Assembly: GCA_963755915.1 (NCBI GenBank)
Contig: CAVWLP010000002.1
Location: 4,352,001-4,416,000, forward strand
DNA length: 64,000 nucleotides
Reading direction: 5' to 3'
From: an uncultured Phycisphaerales bacterium
GTDB lineage: Bacteria > Planctomycetota > Phycisphaerae > Tepidisphaerales > Tepidisphaeraceae
Shown: positions 10,136 through 18,928 of the stretch, piece by piece
Layout of the letters: every line of letters starts with the position of its first letter
How positions within the stretch are numbered: the first letter of the stretch is position 1
Notes under the pieces: model-generated
The model's input: only the letters and a program-made list of their open reading frames with translations
Databases searched by the model: none
What the model was told of the DNA's origin: nothing
Made by a program: the position numbers and the translations under genes

Positions 10136-12353
10136 ATGACCCAGACGCAGTTGATGGAGCAGGCGAACCAGATGCACCAGGCCGGACGGCTTGCCGAGGC
10201 GGAGGGATTCTGCCGGCGGGTTCTGGAGCGGTCGCCGAAGAATCCGGCGGCGCTTCGGCTCCTCAAAAAGCTCTCCCCGGAGATTGGCAAGGTGGATGAG
10301 GCGGAGCGTTTGCTGCGGGCCGTGATTGCAGCCAATCCGAAGCAGCCGGCCTATCACGTCAATCTTGGCGATGTCCTGGCCGGGCGCGGGGAGATGAATG
10401 AGGCCCTCGCATCTTATTGCCGGGCCCTGGCGCTGGATCCGAAATCGTCCCAGGCGCTCTATCGCCTCGGCCGCACGCTCAACTGCGCCGAGCCGTTGAC
10501 GAGCGGCGCGCTGGGGGCGTATCAGCAGGCGATCGATTCCGGAACGGATGTGGCCGAGGCGTTTAATCTGCTCGCAAATTGTCTTGTTGCGATGGGACTC
10601 AACGAGCAGTCGCTGGCGGCCTATGCCGAGGCAATCAAGCTGCGGCCCCATGATCCGGTTTATCATTACAACACCGGCATCCCCCTGAAATCCCTGGGGC
10701 GATGGGACGATTCCATGGCCGCCTATCGAAAGGCCCTGGAACTACAGCCGGATTATCCCGAAGCGCTGAATAATCTGGGGATTCTCCTAACTGAGCGCAA
10801 TCGGCTCGATGAATCGGTCGAAATATTGAAGAAAGCCGTCTCGATTCGTCCCGACTTTGCCGCGGCGTACCAGAACCTGGGGAATTCGCTGAAAGACCTC
10901 GGCCGCACCGATGAAGCGCGCGACGCACTGCAGCGCGCGATCGAGATCCAGCCCGACTTTCCGCTGGCGCTGAACGCCCTGGGGATCGTTCACCTGATGA
11001 CGGGAAACGTCGCCAAAGCGATCGAAAACTATCGTCGAGCGCTGGAGTTTGACCCCACCAGCGCGATGATCCACAGCAATCTCCTCTTCGCGATGAGCTT
11101 TTCGCCCGATTGCGACGCAAGGGCGATTCTGGCCGAGGCAAGAATATTTTACGAGCGCCAAGGAATGCCCCTGAAGCATCTCGCGCGGCCGCACCGCAAC
11201 GAGCGCGATCCGAATCGCCGCCTTCGCATCGGCTATGTCTCGCCCGATCTTGGGCAGCACGTGGTTGGATATAACCTGCTTCCGCTCCTGCGCTGCCATT
11301 CACCCCAGCAGGTGGAGGTATTCTGTTACAGCAGCCTGACCCGACCCGACGCGACCACGGCAGAGCTGCGCTCGCGGGCCCATCATTGGCGCGAGGTCGC
11401 CCTTATCGGCGACGAGCAGCTTGCCGACCAGATTCGCGAAGACGCGATTGATATCCTCGTCGATCTGTCCCTCTTCACCGCCGGAAATCGGCTGCGGACC
11501 TTTTCAATCGTGCCGGCGCCGGTGCAGATCACCTATCTCGGCTACTGCGGAACCAGCGGCGTCGAGGGGATGCACTACCGCTTTTCCGATCCCTATCTCG
11601 ATCCCCCCGGCGAAGATTTAAGCTGCTATAGCGAGGAGACGATCCGCCTACCCGAAACCTACTGGTGTTACGGTCCGGGCGGCGAAGCGCCGAAAGTTTC
11701 GCATCTCCCTGCCGGAGAGCGCGGCAATATCACCTTCGGCTGCATGAACCAGTTTCCCAAGGACTCACCGGCGGCGAGGGAATTGTGGTGGCAGATTCTC
11801 AATCGCATGCCGGGCTCGCGGATGATCATTCATTCGCCGCCGGGCAATCATTTGAACGCCATTCGCGAAGAAATCGCCCGGCATGGAATCGACGAAGATC
11901 GCGTCGAATTCATCGGCCGCCAGTCGTGGGACCAGTACATGCGAACGTCATATCGCATCGACATCGCCCTCGATCCCTTCCCCTATAACGGCGGAATCAC
12001 CACCTGCGACTTGATGTGGATGGGCGTGCCGATCATCACTCTCTCGGGCCGAACGGCCGTTGGGCGGGGGCCGCAGTCTTCTTTCCAATATCGGCCTGCG
12101 AGAGCTCGTCGCCTACAGCCCGGAGCAATATGTGCAAATCGCCGTTGAATTGGCCGCCGATCGCGCCCGGCTCTCAGAAATCCGCGCCGGCCTGCGCGAG
12201 CGGATGCAGGCTTCCCCCCTCATGGACGCACCCCGATTTGCCCGCAATGTCGAGGCGGCGTATCGCCAGACCTGGGTCCGATGGTGCAATGGGAAATCAA
12301 GCAAGAATCCCAGGCCCAAACCTTCAGCCGCGAACCAGCTTGGCAAGAAGTGA
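10136..12353 (+). CDS. TPR-containing O-GlcNAc transferase, SPINDLY/GT41 family (frameshift near 12070)
   Basis: TPR array followed by LRIGYVSPD, IDILVDL, APVQITYLGY and DIALDPFPYNGGITTCD. Confidence 0.9.
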
Positions 12354-13544
12354 CAGACCCCGCTCCGGCTGCGCGACATAGGGGTTGGATTTGTCCCAGA
12401 CATAACCCGCCAGCACCGAGCAGATTTGCCGCATCACCGTCAGATCCTTATCGCCCGAGAAAAAGATTTCCCCTAGCGTGCCGTCGTACCACGCATTTAC
12501 ATAGGCGCGAAACGTGTTGATTCCCTGCGTGAGGTAATCCGCGTAATCCGTCTGCCAGTTGACCGCCTCCCCGTGCAGTTCGCGGATGATGGTCTGCGCC
12601 GCCCGCGTTCCCGATTCCATGGCCAGGGTCGCCCCGGAGCTGAATACCGGGTCCAGAAATTCGGTCGCGTTTCCCGCCAGCGCGAAACGCGGGCCGAATA
12701 TTTTCTTGATCGAGCACGAAAACCCCGCGATCCGCCGCGGCGGAAAGGTGAATTCCATCCCGCTCAGCCGCGCGGCCGCGTTAGGATCGCTCATCACGAT
12801 CGAGCGCAACTGCGCCGATGGCTCGGCTGGGAACTTCCGATAGAACTCCGACTCCGCCACCACCCCCACGCTGGTCTTGCCGTTGGAAAACGGGATGATC
12901 CATATCCACGCCCCCTGCGAATGCACGCACACCCAGATTTTCCCCTCATCCCCCCCGCCAGGCCGGCGATCGCCGGTCACGTGCGTAAAGAGCGATTCAC
13001 GAAAAGCCTGCGTGGAAGGTTTCTCCAGGTCGAGCAGCTTGGGAAGCACCCGGCCATATCCACTGCAATCCAGCACGAATTTCGCGGTGACGGTGCGCAG
13101 CGATTTGTCCGGCTGCTCGATGGTGATTTCCGCATGGGAATCGTGAAATTTCACCGCGGTGACGCCATGGTTAAAAAGGAATTCCACGCCCCGCGCGGCA
13201 ACGGTGTCAGCCAACGTCTTATCGAAATCAGCCCGGGGAACCTGAAACGCGTAGCTCCAGCCATTGGTGGACTGCTGCGAAAAATCAAAATCGCACGTCT
13301 CATCGCCGCGGTAGAACGTCGCTCCGTTTTTCCGCATGAATTTCTGCTTCTCGACGGCTTCGAGAAGGTCGGCATCGCGCATCAAATCCATCATCCGCGG
13401 CAGCAAACTCTCGCCGATCACAAAGCGCGGGAAAACCTGCTTTTCAACCACAAGCTGCCGGACGCCGGCGCGATGCAGGTGAGAAGCGGCCGTCGAGCCG
13501 GCCGGGCCTGCGCCGATCACCAAAACATCAACGTCGCATTGCAT
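12324..13544 (-). CDS. FAD-dependent oxidoreductase of the flavin-dependent halogenase family
   Basis: GAGPAG, FPRFVIGESLLP, WIWIIP (WxWxIP) and FLDPVFSSG motifs. Confidence 0.85.
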   Translation of the reverse strand: MQCDVDVLVIGAGPAGSTAASHLHRAGVRQLVVEKQVFPRFVIGESLLPRMMDLMRDADLLEAVEKQKFMRKNGATFYRGDETCDFDFSQQSTNGWSYAFQVPRADFDKTLADTVAARGVEFLFNHGVTAVKFHDSHAEITIEQPDKSLRTVTAKFVLDCSGYGRVLPKLLDLEKPSTQAFRESLFTHVTGDRRPGGGDEGKIWVCVHSQGAWIWIIPFSNGKTSVGVVAESEFYRKFPAEPSAQLRSIVMSDPNAAARLSGMEFTFPPRRIAGFSCSIKKIFGPRFALAGNATEFLDPVFSSGATLAMESGTRAAQTIIRELHGEAVNWQTDYADYLTQGINTFRAYVNAWYDGTLGEIFFSGDKDLTVMRQICSVLAGYVWDKSNPYVAQPERGLSLLAKLVRG

Positions 13545-13638
13545 TTCGAAATCTCCTCAGGCCGATGTGGCGAATGCGCGGCATTGTCGCCGTGGCCGGT
13601 GAGATTACAAGTGACCGAATGCACCCAGCGCCGCGCAT

Positions 13639-13668
13639 AAAAAAACCCACGGCATAACCGTGGGCTTT
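13639..13668 (-). terminator. Intrinsic terminator after the APC permease
   Basis: CCCACGG/CCGTGGG hairpin followed by a T-tract on the minus strand. Confidence 0.7.
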
Positions 13669-13696
13669 AGAGGCACTATTAGTTTCCGGACCTTCT

Positions 13697-15700
13697 TCAG
13701 GCGCCAACCGCTTCCGGCGGCTTGGTCACCATCATCGTCCGGCCCAGCTTCTTACTTCGCATCATGAAGTAGATCGCGCCGTAGATGCCCCAGATTGCAC
13801 AGAAACCAAGTGCAATGAACGGCTCTTTGGGGCTCATGCCCGGCACGCTCAGTGGACCCACCAGGTAGAAGATCATGCAACCCAGGTTAGCGATCAATCC
13901 GAAACCTGGAATCAGCAGATGCTTGATGGGGTTGTGCAGTTGGTGCTCGTGGAAGGCCACCATCGCCACGATACAGCTCATCATGTAGAGCAGGAACGTC
14001 CCGAAGTTGCTGATCAGCACGATGATCAGCAGGCTGCACGGAATCTTCTGGGCAGTGGCGTAGCTGAAGACGCCCTTGTACCAGAGGCTGTGCTGCTGGG
14101 CGGTGTTGAGATTGGTATCCAGCGACGCGCTGGCGGAAGGACCGCAGAGGTAGAACAGCACGCCGAAGATGCCGACCACGACGGAGATCGTCGCCAGCGT
14201 CCAGATGCAGCGGTGTGGGGTGTTGTTCTTGCCGTGGAGGAGGCCGAAGTGGTTCGGCACTTCCTCATCGCGGCCCATGGCGTAAGTCACCCGAGCGCCC
14301 GTGTTGATGCACGAGAGCGTCGTACCGATCAGCGCCAGGAAGACCGTGATGGCTTCGACAAACATGAACCACCAGCCGGCCCTTGCCGAGCCCCAGAGCC
14401 AGGCGCCGGCAAGCTGCATCATGTCACCAATTGGAGCCGGTGAACCGGCGGCCGTCTGGTTCGTGTACAGCGAGCTTTGGAAGTAGTTGGCGGCGAAATA
14501 TTCAAACAAGTAGCAGAAACCGCCCTGAATCAGCAGCGACGCCACGATGGCGATCGGGATGTGCTTCTTGGGGTTCTTGGCTTCCTCACCCATCGAGGAG
14601 ACCGATTCGAAACCGACGAGGCACAGGATCGCGATACAGCCCTGGATTAGAATGTACTGGCCGCTGTGCCAGTGGATCACCGACTTGGCGCTGTCGTGAT
14701 AATTAAACTGCCAGACACCCTTGGAATCCTGCACCATGCCGCCCTGGTAGCTGATGGTCACTTTTTCAGGCAGCGCCTGGGCAGCCCCGGCCGGAAGGGC
14801 CGCGAGCTTGCCGTTGGCATCCGTCGCCACGACGATCGGGTTGCCCGAGCTGTCGTTCATGGGATTGCCCTTGGCGTCGATGGCCTCGTAGACCCAGATG
14901 GGGGTGCCACTGGAGTCGGCCTTGGGGCTGGTGGCGCCGCTGGGATCGGGAATCTGCTTGGTGGGATCATTGGGGAACTTGGGGTCCTGGATCATGTTGG
15001 GCGTGGTATCCTGCACAAATTGCGTGGGAGTGCCCGTGGAATCCAGCGTCCAGTCGACATCCCCCTCTTTCACGTGAACGCGATGGGCGATCGCCATGAT
15101 CGAGAAGATGAGCAGTGCAGTGATCTGAATGATGTTGATGGCGACGTTGACGCCGGTTGCGCCCGCGACGCCGCGGTAGGCGATATACGACACGCCGTAG
15201 GAGAAAATCACGCAGAACAGGATCATCAGCAGGGGGCTTCCCTCAAAGACGCTGAAGGTGCTGGGGAAGAGCTGCCCGGCCATGTAGCCTATGAATATGG
15301 CGGTCACCGCCACCATCACGCCGGGATAGATCCAGTAGTAAAGGTGGCTTGCCCAACCGACCATGAACTTATAAATGCGTGCCCAGCGGAAGGCCTGCTT
15401 CTTGGAGAGGAAGGCCTGCTCGGCAAAGAAGTAGCTCGAGCCGGCGCCGGGATAGAGCTTTGAGAGCTCAGCGTATGAGATCGCCGTTGCCAGGCAGAGG
15501 ATAGTTGCGAGCAACATACCCATCCACATGGCCGAGCCGGCAGATGGAGCGCCGTAACCCGACTGCTCGGTAAAGGTCAGCCACAAAAATGCACCCGGCG
15601 CGATCAGCGCCATGGCATTACTAGTGAGCCCGGTCAGACCCAGGGTGGCCTTCATTTGGCCGCCCGAGGCTCCTCCAGAACTAGTGGTATCTGTAGACAC
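13697..15700 (-). CDS. APC family amino acid/polyamine permease with a large extracytoplasmic insert
   Basis: SYAELSKLYPGAGSSY, GFESVSSMGEEAKNPK and ARVTYAMGRD motifs; GTG start after RBS AAAGGAG. Confidence 0.9.
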   Translation of the reverse strand: MSTDTTSSGGASGGQMKATLGLTGLTSNAMALIAPGAFLWLTFTEQSGYGAPSAGSAMWMGMLLATILCLATAISYAELSKLYPGAGSSYFFAEQAFLSKKQAFRWARIYKFMVGWASHLYYWIYPGVMVAVTAIFIGYMAGQLFPSTFSVFEGSPLLMILFCVIFSYGVSYIAYRGVAGATGVNVAINIIQITALLIFSIMAIAHRVHVKEGDVDWTLDSTGTPTQFVQDTTPNMIQDPKFPNDPTKQIPDPSGATSPKADSSGTPIWVYEAIDAKGNPMNDSSGNPIVVATDANGKLAALPAGAAQALPEKVTISYQGGMVQDSKGVWQFNYHDSAKSVIHWHSGQYILIQGCIAILCLVGFESVSSMGEEAKNPKKHIPIAIVASLLIQGGFCYLFEYFAANYFQSSLYTNQTAAGSPAPIGDMMQLAGAWLWGSARAGWWFMFVEAITVFLALIGTTLSCINTGARVTYAMGRDEEVPNHFGLLHGKNNTPHRCIWTLATISVVVGIFGVLFYLCGPSASASLDTNLNTAQQHSLWYKGVFSYATAQKIPCSLLIIVLISNFGTFLLYMMSCIVAMVAFHEHQLHNPIKHLLIPGFGLIANLGCMIFYLVGPLSVPGMSPKEPFIALGFCAIWGIYGAIYFMMRSKKLGRTMMVTKPPEAVGA

Positions 15701-15843
15701 AGAGTCTCTCCTTTCACCCGGCCGATGGACCGGAGGCAAATGGGATGCAGCAGAGCGCCCGTACTGAGTTCGCGATAAAGTCCGCGTGAACGCGGCAGCG
15801 CAACGGTTGGTTCAAGCGCTGCGGTTCGAGCGCTGAATGCCTA

Positions 15844-15859
15844 AACAAAGGCAATGCCA
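15844..15859 (-). promoter_or_regulatory. Near-consensus sigma54 -24/-12 element upstream of the APC permease
   Basis: TGGCATTGCCTTTGTT versus consensus TGGCACGNNNNTTGCW; the -12 GC is GT here. Confidence 0.3.
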
Positions 15860-16553
15860 TTTGCGCGGCGCTGCACGCGCAATTTCAAAATGCTCTAAAT
15901 GGAGTGCACCGCGCGTCCACATTGCTTAGCTGGTGAGACAGAAAAGATTTTCGTGCGCGTTCTGCACGCAGTGTTGCAAAATGCGCGGTGTAAAGGTGTG
16001 GGTGCTGCAATCAAATCGCCGAACGAATTTGCCTCGCTATGGACCATTTAATCCATAAAGGCCGACACTTCCGGCGATAGGCCGTAGCAACCAAATCCAT
16101 ACGCAAACCAGACAAGTTTTTTGTCCGGATGTTGGACGCCTTCCACGAACGAAAACCGGTTTCTGCTTATTTTATATACATGTTTGCCCACATATTAAGC
16201 CATCAAAATTAAAAAACTGACTTTGCGCAAACACCCATAAAAACAGGAGTAATGACAAGCGGGGGAATATCAGCCTGCTCAAATTCGGGCAAAAAGCGGA
16301 GGCCGTATGATCATTCGCCCGTTTTGCGGCACCTGTCCGTTTCCCAGGCCTTGAGTGAGAGTTTTTGAGAGGTTCTGGGATCGAGAGGACGTGGCAGTAT
16401 GCCAATCATCCAGCACACCTAACCCTTTGATGCACAAAGTGCTTTACAATAGGAAGAATCGAGTCGGGAGAGTTTTTTCTCCTCACCGCGCTGCAGATTT
16501 GAATATACTTACTGCCTGGTATTCGATTTGCAATATCGAATCAGCACGAGAAA

Positions 16554-17966
16554 ATGGCGGGGGACCTGCTAAATAATCCCATGCTTCAGATACGCACAGA
16601 ATTCCGCCCCCTACGAATCTTGGTCGTCGACGACGAGGAAAACATCCGCTTCATGATGCGCATGTGCCTGGAGATCGAAGGGCACAAAGTCGCCGCGGCC
16701 TCCACGATCGACGAGGCCCTCGAACATACTGCCCGCGAGGCCTTTGACCTGATCTTTCTCGACGTTCGCCTCGGCAGCAACGTCAACGGCCTCGACTACA
16801 TCAAGATCCTCATGGACGAGAACCCCTGGGTACGCATTATTGTGATCACCGCCTATGCATCTATACAGAGCGCCGTCGAGGCGATGAAGCGCGGCGCCAG
16901 CGACTATCTCCCGAAACCCTTCGAACCGACCCAGGTCAGGCTCCTCACTCAGAAGGTCGCCGAGCGGCGGATGCTCGAACGCAAAGTCGAGGCGCTCCAG
17001 AAAGCCCTTGGCTCCATGGACGTCGAAACCGATTTGTCCTCCGCCTCCCCCATCTGGCGGGAATCGATCGAATTTGCCCGCCGCATCGCCACCGCCAATT
17101 CCTCTGTCCTGATTCGCGGTGAATCGGGAACCGGTAAATCCTGGCTCGCCCGCGCCATTCACGAATGGAGCAACCGCGCCGACGGGCCTTTCACCTCGAT
17201 CTCATTCGACGGAAAAACCGTCGACGCCATCGAAGCCGAATTGTTCGGCTCCGGCTCGCAGGTCGGGGCGATCGCCCTCTGTCACGGCGGCACCCTGCTG
17301 CTTAAGGAGATCAGCAACCTGCCCATGCGCCTCCAGCCGCAGATTCTTTCCGTGATCCGCGACAAGGAATTCGAAAAGCAGGATCAGTTCGTCCGCCGCC
17401 CCGCCGACGTGCGCATTATCTCCACCACCGGCGTCGATCTCGCCGCCGCCGTCAGCATCGGGCGCTTCCGCGAAGATCTCCTCATGGCCCTCAGCGTTTC
17501 CCAGATCAACACCCCCGCCCTGCGCGAGCGCAAGGAGGACATTCTTCCCCTGGCCGAACGATATCTGGCCACCTACAGCCGCGAGCATCACAAACCCATC
17601 GCCGGTTTCTCGCGCGACGCGGCTTACCTTCTGAAGAGCCACAAGTGGCCCGGCAATTGCCGGGAGCTGCGCAATATCGTCGAACGCGCCGTGCTGGCGT
17701 GCGATGCGGATTATGTGGGGCTCGACCATCTCCCGGTCGATCTGAAAAATTCCGTCGCCGCCACGCCCGAAACGCCCTTTGGCGGCTATCGCATCGGCGA
17801 CCTCGTTCCCCTCGACGTCATCGAGGAAGCCCACATCCAAAAGGTCCTCGCTTCCGCGAAGACGATCCGCCGCGCGGCCGCCGTCCTCGGCCTCAACGCC
17901 AGCGCCCTGTGCAGGCGGCTTAAGCGAAATAAAGAGGTATCCGAGAATCAGAACCTGGCGGGATGA
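16554..17966 (+). CDS. NtrC/AlgB-like response regulator (REC-AAA+-HTH) with degenerate AAA+ motifs
   Basis: LVVDDE, FLDVRL, GESGTGKS, GRFREDL and WPGNCREL motifs; GAFTGA loop absent. Confidence 0.9.
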   Translation: MAGDLLNNPMLQIRTEFRPLRILVVDDEENIRFMMRMCLEIEGHKVAAASTIDEALEHTAREAFDLIFLDVRLGSNVNGLDYIKILMDENPWVRIIVITAYASIQSAVEAMKRGASDYLPKPFEPTQVRLLTQKVAERRMLERKVEALQKALGSMDVETDLSSASPIWRESIEFARRIATANSSVLIRGESGTGKSWLARAIHEWSNRADGPFTSISFDGKTVDAIEAELFGSGSQVGAIALCHGGTLLLKEISNLPMRLQPQILSVIRDKEFEKQDQFVRRPADVRIISTTGVDLAAAVSIGRFREDLLMALSVSQINTPALRERKEDILPLAERYLATYSREHHKPIAGFSRDAAYLLKSHKWPGNCRELRNIVERAVLACDADYVGLDHLPVDLKNSVAATPETPFGGYRIGDLVPLDVIEEAHIQKVLASAKTIRRAAAVLGLNASALCRRLKRNKEVSENQNLAG

Positions 17967-17969
17967 CGA

Positions 17970-18700
17970 TCAGCGATTGGCAATCCACTGCAACACCGCG
18001 AAAACAGCCAGATTCAAAATAAAAATCGTGATGACGAAGTACCAGGTATCGCTCTCGTCAAGATCGAACAGCGCCCCAATCAGCGCGAAATAAAGCACGA
18101 ATTCGATCCCCAGCAAAAGCACCCATCCGAAGCAGATAACGTGAGCCAGCGGTTCCAGGAGCGTCACCAGAGCCCCGGGCGCGACCGATATCGCCGCCAG
18201 CCGCAGGGCGGCGCTTCCGAACGACCCGATATCGATATGCCGAAGCTTCGCGGCAATCATCACTCCTACGAGCATGAGCATCGTCCCGGCGATCAGGCCC
18301 ACGCCGATGTCGATCATCGCCCCCTGAAGATTGCCCGCGTGCCGGAAATATTCCGAAACGAATTCAATGACCAGTCCCCCGCCCAGCAGCCATAGCGGCG
18401 CGTAATATTTCTTCAGAAGGTCTGGATCGACGCCTCGGTCCTGCGCCCGGGATCAGCAGTTTGGGCGTCTGGTAAGCCAGCGTTGGCGCCGGGGGAATTG
18501 CGGTATCCGTCGGCACCGGCTTCGGCTTCGCCGCCGCCGGTCCATCCTCGGCGAGATCATACAACCCATCTTCCGCCGCCTGATTCTCCGGACACTTCAT
18601 CACCTGTCCGCAAGGGCAACGCACCTGCTTCCCGGCCAGTTCCGCTTTCCAACGGAACTGCTTTCCGCACGCCTGGCAATTGAAGAACTCAAGACCCGTA
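17970..18700 (-). CDS. Zn-ribbon plus multi-TM hypothetical protein (frameshifted)
   Basis: CQACGKQF...RCPCGQ N-terminus, YDLAED linker and C-terminal TM helices across ORFs 18364-18624 and 17970-18317; start uncertain. Confidence 0.6.
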
Positions 18701-18928
18701 ATGACTCCTTAATGTTAAGACCGATTATCGGCGGCGATGAGCCCGCTGCAATTATGTAAAACCACGCCCCTTCTAAGCGCCAATCTTTACCAACAGCTTA
18801 AATCCCCCACGACATGAATCGCGGGAACGACCGCCACCAACCCATTGGATTGGCAGCAAAACCCAAACGGGACCCCGAAACGGCGAACAATCTTCGCAAT
18901 TTTTATTTATATCCGCAGGGTCTCGCCG

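Noticed and set aside
15700-15900. c-di-AMP (ydaO) riboswitch before the APC permease
   Set aside because: The expected conserved segments (GAAUC, GGAACC, GGGGUGAAUC, CAGCUAAC) are not present
18735-18762. dif site (TTATGTAAAAC resembles a XerD arm)
   Set aside because: No XerC-like arm at 6-bp spacing; the same holds for TTATGTAAAAT at 42229
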